IMG/VR virus record: IMGVR_UViG_3300042879_003994
Location: 9,793-73,792 of that record
Reading direction: 5' to 3' (one strand)
DNA length: 64,000 nucleotides
Source of the DNA: a virus
Below the pieces are notes generated by a model that made no database searches, had not been told where the DNA came from, and saw nothing but the letters and a program-made list of their open reading frames with translations. Below are positions 46,114-55,035 of the stretch, piece after piece. The number at the start of each line of letters is the position of its first letter. Positions within the stretch are counted from its first letter, which is position 1. The translations under genes and the position numbers were made by a program.

Positions 46114-46920
46114 TTATACCCCACTTAGTATATATGTATTAAAATTAAGTGTTAATTTTGCGTCATCATTGACGCTATAGTTTAATTGTGTTTGAGAATT
46201 TACCAAATTAGATAGATTAAAAGTCAATAATTTTTGATCTGTATCATATTTTTTAAAAGATAAAGCTAGATTTTTATTAAGAATACCTGTAAATATATTT
46301 GTTACTTTTTGTTGATTGTACTCACTCATAGAAAATTCAAAATTTAAATTTATATTAATTGGATACTTTATAATAACATTATCTGGTAAATAATTTCCGA
46401 TAGTATAGACTGTTTCTCTTGGAACATCTATATTTATACCAAAAGACTCTAGTCTATTAAAGTTTGCTTCATCTAAGTTTAAATCTACATAGCAATTATC
46501 AGTAATTTGAAAATCATTTAATAATTTTGGTTGGTAAGAAAATGTACCAGATGTATTTCCTAATTCTCCTAATATTAGACTTCTAATACTAACTTGTGGA
46601 TATTCTCCAAACCTATAACTTAAAGAATAGTTAGTTAAGTATCCACTAGAAAATGTAAAATAATTACTTCCATATTCTAATTTTCCAGAAAAAGAGCTAG
46701 ATCCAGTATAGTTTATAAACTGATCACTTGTGCTTAGAAGATAATTTAAATCTAAATTTGCTACAACTGGTCTTGATACAAAGTAATTAATATTTGGATC
46801 AGATATAGCTAAAGATGGGTCAATGTTATTATCGTAAGATATGCCAACGGTTTGCACTCCAGAAATAATAGAATTATTTAGATAAAAATTTTGATTTTCT
46901 ATAGAATATACATTAAACAT
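46114..46920 (-). CDS. Tail-tube paralog (baseplate tube-like)
   Basis: GYLTNYSL...GEYP and LESFGINIDVPRETVYTIG...YPININL align with the tube protein at 63062. Confidence 0.65.
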   Translation of the reverse strand: MFNVYSIENQNFYLNNSIISGVQTVGISYDNNIDPSLAISDPNINYFVSRPVVANLDLNYLLSTSDQFINYTGSSSFSGKLEYGSNYFTFSSGYLTNYSLSYRFGEYPQVSIRSLILGELGNTSGTFSYQPKLLNDFQITDNCYVDLNLDEANFNRLESFGINIDVPRETVYTIGNYLPDNVIIKYPININLNFEFSMSEYNQQKVTNIFTGILNKNLALSFKKYDTDQKLLTFNLSNLVNSQTQLNYSVNDDAKLTLNFNTYILSGV

Positions 46921-46924
46921 TAAA

Positions 46925-46956
46925 TATAATTACACTTCTTTTAAGTGTAAATTATA
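46925..46956. promoter_or_regulatory. Back-to-back GTGTAA motifs forming an inverted repeat
   Basis: TATAATTACACTT-CTTTT-AAGTGTAAATTATA between divergent tail genes. Confidence 0.65.
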
Positions 46957-46971
46957 CGAGGTAAAAGGTAT

Positions 46972-47520
46972 ATGGCTAGTATTTATGATACGATTCTATC
47001 TTGGAATCAAAGTAGTACTTATAATAAGTACGATATAGTCTTAGGTAGTGATAATAGATATTATTATTCAATTATAGATTCTAATACAGGAGCAGGAAAT
47101 AATCCAGTGACTCCCGCAAATCTTCAAGTTGACTGGGATGGTTATATTTCTTTAAATGGCAACTTAATACCAAACTTTTGGTGGAAATCCTCTTATAATG
47201 CAAATATCACTAATAAACCAAGAGTTAAAATTAATCAATTTGGAAATGGTTATCAACAAAGAATAAACGATGGAATAAATAATAATTTAATTGAATTTTC
47301 TTTAAATTTTGAAAATAGAAACGAAAAAGAAACAGTATCAATTCTTCATTTCTTAAGACAAAGAAATGGTCAAGAAAGTTTTATATACAATGTACCAACA
47401 ATCTACTCAAAGTCGAATAATAGTTTATCTACTAGATATGTTTGCCCAGAATGGACTTCTAATTATATTTCTTACAATAACTATTCAATAGAAGCAAAAT
47501 TTATAGAAGTGCCTGTATAA
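46972..47520 (+). CDS. Minor tail protein M-like (distal tail) with N-terminal carbohydrate-binding-like module
   Basis: FGNGYQQRINDGINN and YVCPEW...FIEV as in lambda gpM; WNQSSTYNKYDIV..YYYS module. Confidence 0.8.
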   Translation: MASIYDTILSWNQSSTYNKYDIVLGSDNRYYYSIIDSNTGAGNNPVTPANLQVDWDGYISLNGNLIPNFWWKSSYNANITNKPRVKINQFGNGYQQRINDGINNNLIEFSLNFENRNEKETVSILHFLRQRNGQESFIYNVPTIYSKSNNSLSTRYVCPEWTSNYISYNNYSIEAKFIEVPV

Positions 47521-47524
47521 GATT

Positions 47525-48895
47525 ATGCCAACATCAAGAGAGATTTATGATTTAATTGTAAGCGGTAATCAATCTTTAAATACCGAATTAAGTTCTTTAA
47601 CGCCCTCTACTCAAGTCTTACTTTACGAAATAGATTTGTCCGAGATTGCGCCAACTATGATTAATTATAATTATAACGGCGAGCAACCTATAAATAATGG
47701 AATCTTCAGAATATATAATGATTATAATATATATAAATTATCCACAAATCCATATGGTACAATAAAATGGCAGCAAAATTATTATTATCCATTTCCAATT
47801 TTTGCAGAGGGATTTGAATATTCATCCGCTGGAAGTTTGCCAACTCCAAGAGTTGCTATATCTAATTTATCTCCAGATTATTCCTCTAATTCTTTCTATA
47901 GATACATTAGAATGCAGATGCAAAGTCTAGGTGATATTGTTGGCGCAAAATTTAGTAGAATTAAAACCTTTTTAAAATATCTAGATGGTGCAAATTTTTC
48001 TGGAAACGTAAATCCATTTAATCCAAATACAGGTCTATATGAAATAGAATTACCAAGGGATATATATTATATTGATAGAAAAACTGTAGAAAACAAAAAT
48101 ATTATTGAATATCAATTAAACACAATACTTGATGTCGAAAATTTAACTCTCCCAGCTAGAACGCTTTATGCTCAAAAATGTCCATTTCAATATAGAGGTG
48201 AAGGATGTGTTTACGAATATAATAGTAGATTAACAGACATACATAGTGGAGTTTATGCTTATACAGTTAATCCAGGATATACAGTTAGTGGGTTACAGAC
48301 TGCTCCACCAGTTGCCACAGATAATGATCAATTATTTATTGGAGGCGTATTTGCCACAGGCGCTGCTGGAACAGCAACAAATACTGCTATCTTTAGGATC
48401 ACTGGTGGATTAGGAAATTCGGGACTTTGGAGAGAAACTTCTCAATACGTATCTGGAGATTTTATATTTTTACAAAATAGAGGTTTAAAATATTATTACG
48501 TTTGTATAAATAACCACACGGCAGACGTATTTAATGCTCCACCAAATATAAATTATTGGGCTTCTGATTCATGTGCGAAAAGTATTAATTCTTGCAGGCT
48601 AAGATGGCTTAAGAACCCAGCCTTCAGACCAGTTATTTGGCCAGCTAATAGGAACGGAGAAAATTTTGTTCAGACAAGAAATCGAATTGAATCTCTTTAT
48701 GGTACAGGAGAAAGATTAAATCTTTGGGTTACTGGTATAAATGGAGTAGCAGTAAATTTCCCAAGAAGACCAGGATGCGAAGATCCTTCTTCTACTAGAG
48801 CGCACGGACTACCAAAAGATGCTTTTGGCAACTATCTAAATGGATTTTTACCATTTGGAGGATTTCCAGGAACAAACCAACCAGCTTCTCAATAA
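47525..48895 (+). CDS. Minor tail protein L-like
   Basis: YPFPI.AEGFE...GSLPTP, YYIDRK..E, CPFQYRGEGC, CAKSINSCRLR, FGGFPG. Confidence 0.88.
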   Translation: MPTSREIYDLIVSGNQSLNTELSSLTPSTQVLLYEIDLSEIAPTMINYNYNGEQPINNGIFRIYNDYNIYKLSTNPYGTIKWQQNYYYPFPIFAEGFEYSSAGSLPTPRVAISNLSPDYSSNSFYRYIRMQMQSLGDIVGAKFSRIKTFLKYLDGANFSGNVNPFNPNTGLYEIELPRDIYYIDRKTVENKNIIEYQLNTILDVENLTLPARTLYAQKCPFQYRGEGCVYEYNSRLTDIHSGVYAYTVNPGYTVSGLQTAPPVATDNDQLFIGGVFATGAAGTATNTAIFRITGGLGNSGLWRETSQYVSGDFIFLQNRGLKYYYVCINNHTADVFNAPPNINYWASDSCAKSINSCRLRWLKNPAFRPVIWPANRNGENFVQTRNRIESLYGTGERLNLWVTGINGVAVNFPRRPGCEDPSSTRAHGLPKDAFGNYLNGFLPFGGFPGTNQPASQ

Positions 48896-48896
48896 A

Positions 48897-49622
48897 ATGA
48901 TCGATAAGAAAAATAAAAATTTTATAAGAAATAAATCATTAGAAGATTTTCCTAATGAGACTTGCGGGTTTATAGTAAAAAATGAAAATAGATTTGAATG
49001 TATTCCATGCAACAACATAGCGGAAAATCCAAAAGAAAATTTTAAAATTTGTTCTAAAGAATATTTACAAATTAAAAATAGATATAAGAATATATTATAC
49101 CTATATCATAGTCATACAAATGGAAATGATAATTTTTCAGAAATGGATAAGAATTGTGCAGAAAATCTATGTTTACCTATCATATTATATAATACAGAAA
49201 GAGATAGTATTAAAATATATGAACCATCAAATATTAAGAAAGAATATATAGGAAGATTTTATCAGCACGGAAAATATGATTGCTTTAAATTAATAGAAGA
49301 ATTTTATAAAAAGGAAAAATCTATAGAATTTAAATATAATAAAGAATTCTATACAAAGACTTTAAAAGAGATGGATATAAAAAGTGAGGTTATTAAATTT
49401 TACGAACATAATAATTTTGTAATTATTAATAAAAACGAAGAATTAGAATTGCACGATATTTTATTAATTGATGCTTTTGGAGAAAACAAACCAAAGCATT
49501 TTGCGCTTTACATAGGAGATGGAAGAATTTTACATCAGCCCATGTTTGGTTTCTCAAAAATTGAAAATTATTGTAATTTTTATAGAAGGCGTACTGATTC
49601 AGTATTTAGGTTAAAGGTATGA
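48897..49622 (+). CDS. Tail assembly protein K-like (JAB/MPN + NlpC/P60)
   Basis: PNETCG, YHSH...S.MD JAB motif; YDCF...HFALY.G...LH NlpC/P60. Confidence 0.88.
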   Translation: MIDKKNKNFIRNKSLEDFPNETCGFIVKNENRFECIPCNNIAENPKENFKICSKEYLQIKNRYKNILYLYHSHTNGNDNFSEMDKNCAENLCLPIILYNTERDSIKIYEPSNIKKEYIGRFYQHGKYDCFKLIEEFYKKEKSIEFKYNKEFYTKTLKEMDIKSEVIKFYEHNNFVIINKNEELELHDILLIDAFGENKPKHFALYIGDGRILHQPMFGFSKIENYCNFYRRRTDSVFRLKV

Positions 49623-50383
49623 TAAGAGTAAATTTACATGGTAAATTGGGTGAAGATTTAGGAGAATCTTGGGACCTTGATGTATCAAGCGTCGCAGAAG
49701 CTTTAAGAGCTATAGACGCTAATACCAGAAGACTAAGGCAATGGCTAATAAACTATAAAGATCAGTATGAATATGAAATTTTAGTAGATAACCAAGAACT
49801 TTTTACTGAAAAACCAGAATACAAAAATATAGAAGAAATAAAAAATTCAGAATTTTGTTTAAACTTAAAAGATAAAATAAAAACAATAGATATTGTTCCA
49901 TCGATTATAGGATCTGGCGCAGTTGCAAAAATTTTTGTTGGTGCAGCAGTAATTATTGGCGCTGTAGCTTTAGCAGTATTTACTCCGTTTATTTTACCTG
50001 CTATAGCATTAGGTTTTGCAGGTTTAGGATTAATCGCAGCAGGAACCAGCGAATTACTTTCAAAGCCCCCACCATCTGTTCCATTTACAGCACAGCAAGT
50101 AAATCCAATTGATGGAGAAGGAGAATCTGGAGGACCTACTTCGTATTTATTCAATGGTCCTGTAAATACAGTTGGAGAAGGCGGACCTGTTCCAGTTGGA
50201 TATGGACAATTAATAATTGGTGGTAATAATGTATTTAGTAATTATGAAATTATTTATAGAGCTTATAAATCAGATTTCAGTGATACAACTTTACAAATTG
50301 ATTATCAAGGAGATACTCAATATCTATTTAATTCTAAATGTTACCTTATTAATCAACAATCATTACAGTCCTCACCTTTTTAA
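49619..50383 (+). CDS. Tail assembly protein I-like (ubiquitin-like + hydrophobic segment)
   Basis: VNLHGKLG...SVAEALRA...IVPSIIGSG, SYLFNGPVNT, PVPVGYG. Confidence 0.85.
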   Translation: MIRVNLHGKLGEDLGESWDLDVSSVAEALRAIDANTRRLRQWLINYKDQYEYEILVDNQELFTEKPEYKNIEEIKNSEFCLNLKDKIKTIDIVPSIIGSGAVAKIFVGAAVIIGAVALAVFTPFILPAIALGFAGLGLIAAGTSELLSKPPPSVPFTAQQVNPIDGEGESGGPTSYLFNGPVNTVGEGGPVPVGYGQLIIGGNNVFSNYEIIYRAYKSDFSDTTLQIDYQGDTQYLFNSKCYLINQQSLQSSPF

Positions 50384-50386
50384 TTT

Positions 50387-53300
50387 ATGGGTAATGCAAA
50401 TAAATATGCAGATGGTTTGAGTTTTGTCCTGTTTCCAGGAAATATAGCTTATGGAACAGTTGGATATAACTTTCCAGAAAGTACAGCTCAAGATGATGGC
50501 GGTGGAGCAGGTGGAAACATATCGTTAAGTTTTAGTGGATCAAGAATACCTTTTACTAATAGTCCAACGTTTCTTTATTATAGAGGACCAAGCGGTTATG
50601 CGGCAAATTATACTCCACTAGCAGTAATGACCGGTGGTTTAATACAAAGATTCTTTGAACGAGGCCCATCATTTCCTGGTTCTACATTCACTGGAAATGT
50701 GTTCGGTGCACCAGATTTAAGAACAATATTTGGAGTTAGTCCTAATACAGGCGTAGAAGGCGGTGTATTTCCACAAACAAATGGAGTCTTCATAAATGAA
50801 AGAACGAGAAATGGTCGAGCTTTTAATTCTATATCTCAGGTTAATATATTAGATTTAATTTGTGAAGGACCAATAGAAGGTTTTGTGACTGGAATATATG
50901 TGCCTAATTTGAGTGGTAAAACTACTGGTGACATTGGATATACAAGTGTTACTTTTCAACCATACGAACAAACTTATAGCAATCCAGAAACAAGATCTAT
51001 ATTCTGGGACGATGTACCAATAACAGATTTACAAGGTTTTTTTAATTTCCAATTTGCAGATTATAAATATACATATGGAGAAAAAACAAATGATCATACT
51101 ATCTATAATCCATATTTAAATCTTTACGAAGATAGAAGAGATTATTTTGGTAGACAAGTAGATAGAAATAAAATACCACTACAAACATCTGTTACTAAAG
51201 CAGTTGGAGATACTTTGTATGGATTTTATTTAATTAGTGGAAATAATCAAGTAATTTCACCAAAAACATATTACATATATAATACAGATGTGTCTTCAAT
51301 AAGAATTAATTTTAAGATAAATAGTCTTTATGAACAAATATTAACTGGAATAAATGCTGGTGACGTAGAGAAACATCTACAAATATTTAGGATCATAGTG
51401 TCTAGACTATTAAAAAATGGAGAGACTGTTCTATTGGATACTTCTAAATACTCTCCTTATATTAAGGACTATTATTCTAGGGATGAATTTGGCGCTCAAG
51501 GAAAAATCGCAAATAGCCCAGTAATTGTTCCATACGAAATTACATTAAGACCATATGCTGAAAATTCTCCTTGGTTTGAACTTTTCCCAAATCAAATAGG
51601 ATGGGCAATAGACGTAGTAAAAATGAGTAGAGAAGGCGTTGGTGGAGGATTTTCAACATCTACAACTGTAGATAGCATAACAGAAATTTATTCAGACAGA
51701 TTTACATATCCAGATGCAGCTTTAGTTTATTCAAAATTTGATGCAAGATATTTTAATCAAATACCCACAAGAACATACAAGGTAAGACTACTTAAGGTAA
51801 AAATACCAATTAATTATGATCCAATAACAAGAAATTATAATGGTCCGTGGAATGGACAATTTAAAGTTGCGTGGACAGATAATCCAGCTTGGTGCTTCTA
51901 TGATCTTATAACTAACAATAGATTTGGATTGGGGAAATATATAGATTCAAGTCTGACAGATAAATGGACGCTATATGAGATTGCTCAGTATTGTGATGAA
52001 CTTGTTTCTGACGGAACAGGTGGACTAGAGCCAAGATTTAGATGCAATGTTTATATTGCAAATAAAGAAGAAGCTTACAAAGTATTAAATGATATGGCAA
52101 GTATATTTAGAGCAATTATTTATTACTCAGCAGGACAAATTACTGTTTCTCAAGATTCATTAAAGCAACCTATCTATTTATTTAATAATAGCAATGTAAT
52201 TGAAGGAACGTTTAATTATTCTGACGCTTCAAAGAAATCAAGAAAAACTGTTGCATCAGTTAGATTTAATGATGAAAATGATAATTTTAAACCAGCTATA
52301 GAATATATTGAGGATAAAAATTCAATATTAAAATACGGCATAAGAGAAACAGATATTGTTGCATTTGGTTGCACAAATAAAAATCAAGCTAGAAGAGTCG
52401 GTAAATGGTTATTAACCACACAAAATACTGAAACTGAATTGGTAGATTTCCAAGTCGGTCTAGAAGGTAACTATATAAGACCAGGCGATGTAATATTAAT
52501 TCATGATCAGTATAGAAAAAATGCAGCCTACGCAGGTCGAACTGTAGAACTAACTACTGGCTACGCAGTTTTAGATCTGCCATATAATTTTACTAATACC
52601 TATGCAATAACTGGAGTCAACGCAAATAATTCATTTGTATTTAATATATTAACTCCTACTTATAATTTGAATTTAGGTACAACTTTAGGAGATCTTTATA
52701 GTACCGGATTTGTTGATATAACTTCATCTGGGGTCACAGGATTAAATAGCTCCTTCTTCAGAAGAGGTCAGATTCAAACTATAACAATTAATAATCCTCA
52801 AAATTATTTAACTAGTGGATCTGGTATATATACAAATAATATAAGAATAAATTTCCCATCAAGATTGTCTAATTCTGGGTATAGCTTACCTCAAAATACA
52901 GTCTGGGCAATAGATATTAATCCATCTGGTTATCTGGCAGCTGGCATTGATACAAGATCTCCTATCAATAATCCTTCAAATGCCTTATATCCAGGATATT
53001 ATTTAGAGCCATATCTAAATGAACCTAAAAAATATAGAGTCCTAACAATCTCAGAAAAAGAGCCAGAACTTTTTAACATTAATGCTCTAGAATATAATGA
53101 TCAAAAATATTATGACATAGATAATGTTGCAACTCTAGTCAATGTTCCTGTCAAACCAGGTTTACCAGTTGCGCCAAGTCTTTTCTTGAGCGGAATATTT
53201 AGAAGTCCAACTACAAATTCTTATTTAAGTAACCCAGCTGGAGCGCATTTTGTTACAAATCAAGGTGGAATAAATAGCATAATGTACAACATACAGCCAC

Positions 53301-53617
53301 CAAACAATAATGCTAATAATAGTTTATATTATGTCTATGTAAAGCCAACTTCTAATTTTACAAATTCAACAACTCCAGAGATCTATCTTGCAGATGTTGT
53401 TTCTCCTTTACTAATAAGAACTGGCCTAACCCCATTCAATTGGGCAAGTAATTTGATTCCTCCATTCTTGACACCAACAGGTTCGGGTTTTTACTACTTT
53501 AGGGTATTCGCTGAAAATGCCCTTGGCGAAAGAAGTTCTCCAGCTACAGGCCTATACGTCTTAACTGCCCAAGCTTCTGTTTTTAGCGTTATAGCTTCTG
53601 GATACAATATATATTGA
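50387..53617 (+). CDS. Tail tip / host-specificity protein J-like
   Basis: DLICEGPIEG, W.G.FK.AWTDNPAWCFYDL..NRFGLG, EPRFRCN, GCT...QARR.GKW, FN3-like C-terminus. Confidence 0.9.
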   Translation: MGNANKYADGLSFVLFPGNIAYGTVGYNFPESTAQDDGGGAGGNISLSFSGSRIPFTNSPTFLYYRGPSGYAANYTPLAVMTGGLIQRFFERGPSFPGSTFTGNVFGAPDLRTIFGVSPNTGVEGGVFPQTNGVFINERTRNGRAFNSISQVNILDLICEGPIEGFVTGIYVPNLSGKTTGDIGYTSVTFQPYEQTYSNPETRSIFWDDVPITDLQGFFNFQFADYKYTYGEKTNDHTIYNPYLNLYEDRRDYFGRQVDRNKIPLQTSVTKAVGDTLYGFYLISGNNQVISPKTYYIYNTDVSSIRINFKINSLYEQILTGINAGDVEKHLQIFRIIVSRLLKNGETVLLDTSKYSPYIKDYYSRDEFGAQGKIANSPVIVPYEITLRPYAENSPWFELFPNQIGWAIDVVKMSREGVGGGFSTSTTVDSITEIYSDRFTYPDAALVYSKFDARYFNQIPTRTYKVRLLKVKIPINYDPITRNYNGPWNGQFKVAWTDNPAWCFYDLITNNRFGLGKYIDSSLTDKWTLYEIAQYCDELVSDGTGGLEPRFRCNVYIANKEEAYKVLNDMASIFRAIIYYSAGQITVSQDSLKQPIYLFNNSNVIEGTFNYSDASKKSRKTVASVRFNDENDNFKPAIEYIEDKNSILKYGIRETDIVAFGCTNKNQARRVGKWLLTTQNTETELVDFQVGLEGNYIRPGDVILIHDQYRKNAAYAGRTVELTTGYAVLDLPYNFTNTYAITGVNANNSFVFNILTPTYNLNLGTTLGDLYSTGFVDITSSGVTGLNSSFFRRGQIQTITINNPQNYLTSGSGIYTNNIRINFPSRLSNSGYSLPQNTVWAIDINPSGYLAAGIDTRSPINNPSNALYPGYYLEPYLNEPKKYRVLTISEKEPELFNINALEYNDQKYYDIDNVATLVNVPVKPGLPVAPSLFLSGIFRSPTTNSYLSNPAGAHFVTNQGGINSIMYNIQPPNNNANNSLYYVYVKPTSNFTNSTTPEIYLADVVSPLLIRTGLTPFNWASNLIPPFLTPTGSGFYYFRVFAENALGERSSPATGLYVLTAQASVFSVIASGYNIY

Positions 53618-53619
53618 TT

Positions 53620-55035
53620 ATGAAAGTAAAAAATTTAAATTTAACCTTAGAGTGGCATACAGTTAGAAATATACCAAACTTTATAGACGTTAGTTCTAAT
53701 TTTCCTTCTTATAACGTAAAAGTTAAAAACAAAGAAGGAACTTTAATACATCAAAATCTAAATGTAGAAGATTATGAACCATTAATCGAATTACAATGTG
53801 ATCATTATGAATTTGCAAAGAAACCAAAGTTTCATATGGAACTTTTAAAAAATAAAGCTAAGAATACATTTAAATATAATTTTGAAAACAACTATTTAAA
53901 ATATAAAGAATTAAATAACAAACTAGGATTTTTTAAAACCCTAATATTTGAAGTAGATTACAATAATGATGGTAAAGGAGACTTTCAATTAGAAGCGGAA
54001 TATTCTGCTTTAGAGAATATAAATAAAGATCTATTATTCAATAAAATATATAGAAGTAGCGATTACTTAACTGTAAAATTTTTAATAAACAAAGAGTATT
54101 TCAAGCAAAATGAAATATATTCTTTATTAATTATAAGTGAAGCTTCTAATAAATTAATTAAAAATAAAAAACTAAATAATTTATTCACAGAAAATGTACA
54201 AGAAAAGTGGCTTGATGTTAATGAAACTACAGCACTACTAACTGTTCCCTTCATAGAAAGCGATATAGTTGAGATATCTGAAAATGTAAATATTAAAGTA
54301 ATACCATTAAACTATCTGCAATCTGAGATGTATAATTTCTTAAAAGTTAGAGAGTCCGAAGATAATATAAATGCATTTTATCATGAATTCTTTTCTAATC
54401 AATTATTCAACATCGGTAAAATATATAAACAAACAGTTAATAATGAGATGTTAATATTTTATCAAAATTATATATATTTATTTAATAACGAGAGTCTTAC
54501 ATCAAACTCTCTACAAACAGATATAAACATAAATGATATTACATTTAATAGATATTTTCCTTTACTAAATAAAGATAATATTAATAGAACAATCTGTTTA
54601 TCTGATGATTTAAATACTGACGATGTTTTAGATAATATATATAATATACAAAAAGACTATCTAGGCTATTATTCAAAGAATCTAACTGATTATGAAGATG
54701 TAGCTATAGACCTTGATTATCTACAAAATCAAGGTATAAAGAGGGTAAATATAGTTGAAATCGAGGAATTAACCGATACTTGTAATATTTATATTGAATT
54801 TATAACCAATTTTTATAGTAATGAGAAGTTCTATATTGAGACCAGTAATAACCTCAAATTCTATGAGAAATATAAGACAGTAATAGATGGTAAAGAATAT
54901 ATTACATTCTTATTTAAATATTCATATAATTTAGATACCCTAAATCAATATTTATCAGAGAATCCAGATAAAAGCAAGAGTCAAATAATTACTGATAAAG
55001 ATCTTATTAATTTTTCAGCAAAATTAATACTTTAA
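53620..55035 (+). CDS. Hypothetical protein (N/I/K/Y-rich)
   Basis: Long ORF following J. Confidence 0.7.
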   Translation: MKVKNLNLTLEWHTVRNIPNFIDVSSNFPSYNVKVKNKEGTLIHQNLNVEDYEPLIELQCDHYEFAKKPKFHMELLKNKAKNTFKYNFENNYLKYKELNNKLGFFKTLIFEVDYNNDGKGDFQLEAEYSALENINKDLLFNKIYRSSDYLTVKFLINKEYFKQNEIYSLLIISEASNKLIKNKKLNNLFTENVQEKWLDVNETTALLTVPFIESDIVEISENVNIKVIPLNYLQSEMYNFLKVRESEDNINAFYHEFFSNQLFNIGKIYKQTVNNEMLIFYQNYIYLFNNESLTSNSLQTDININDITFNRYFPLLNKDNINRTICLSDDLNTDDVLDNIYNIQKDYLGYYSKNLTDYEDVAIDLDYLQNQGIKRVNIVEIEELTDTCNIYIEFITNFYSNEKFYIETSNNLKFYEKYKTVIDGKEYITFLFKYSYNLDTLNQYLSENPDKSKSQIITDKDLINFSAKLIL

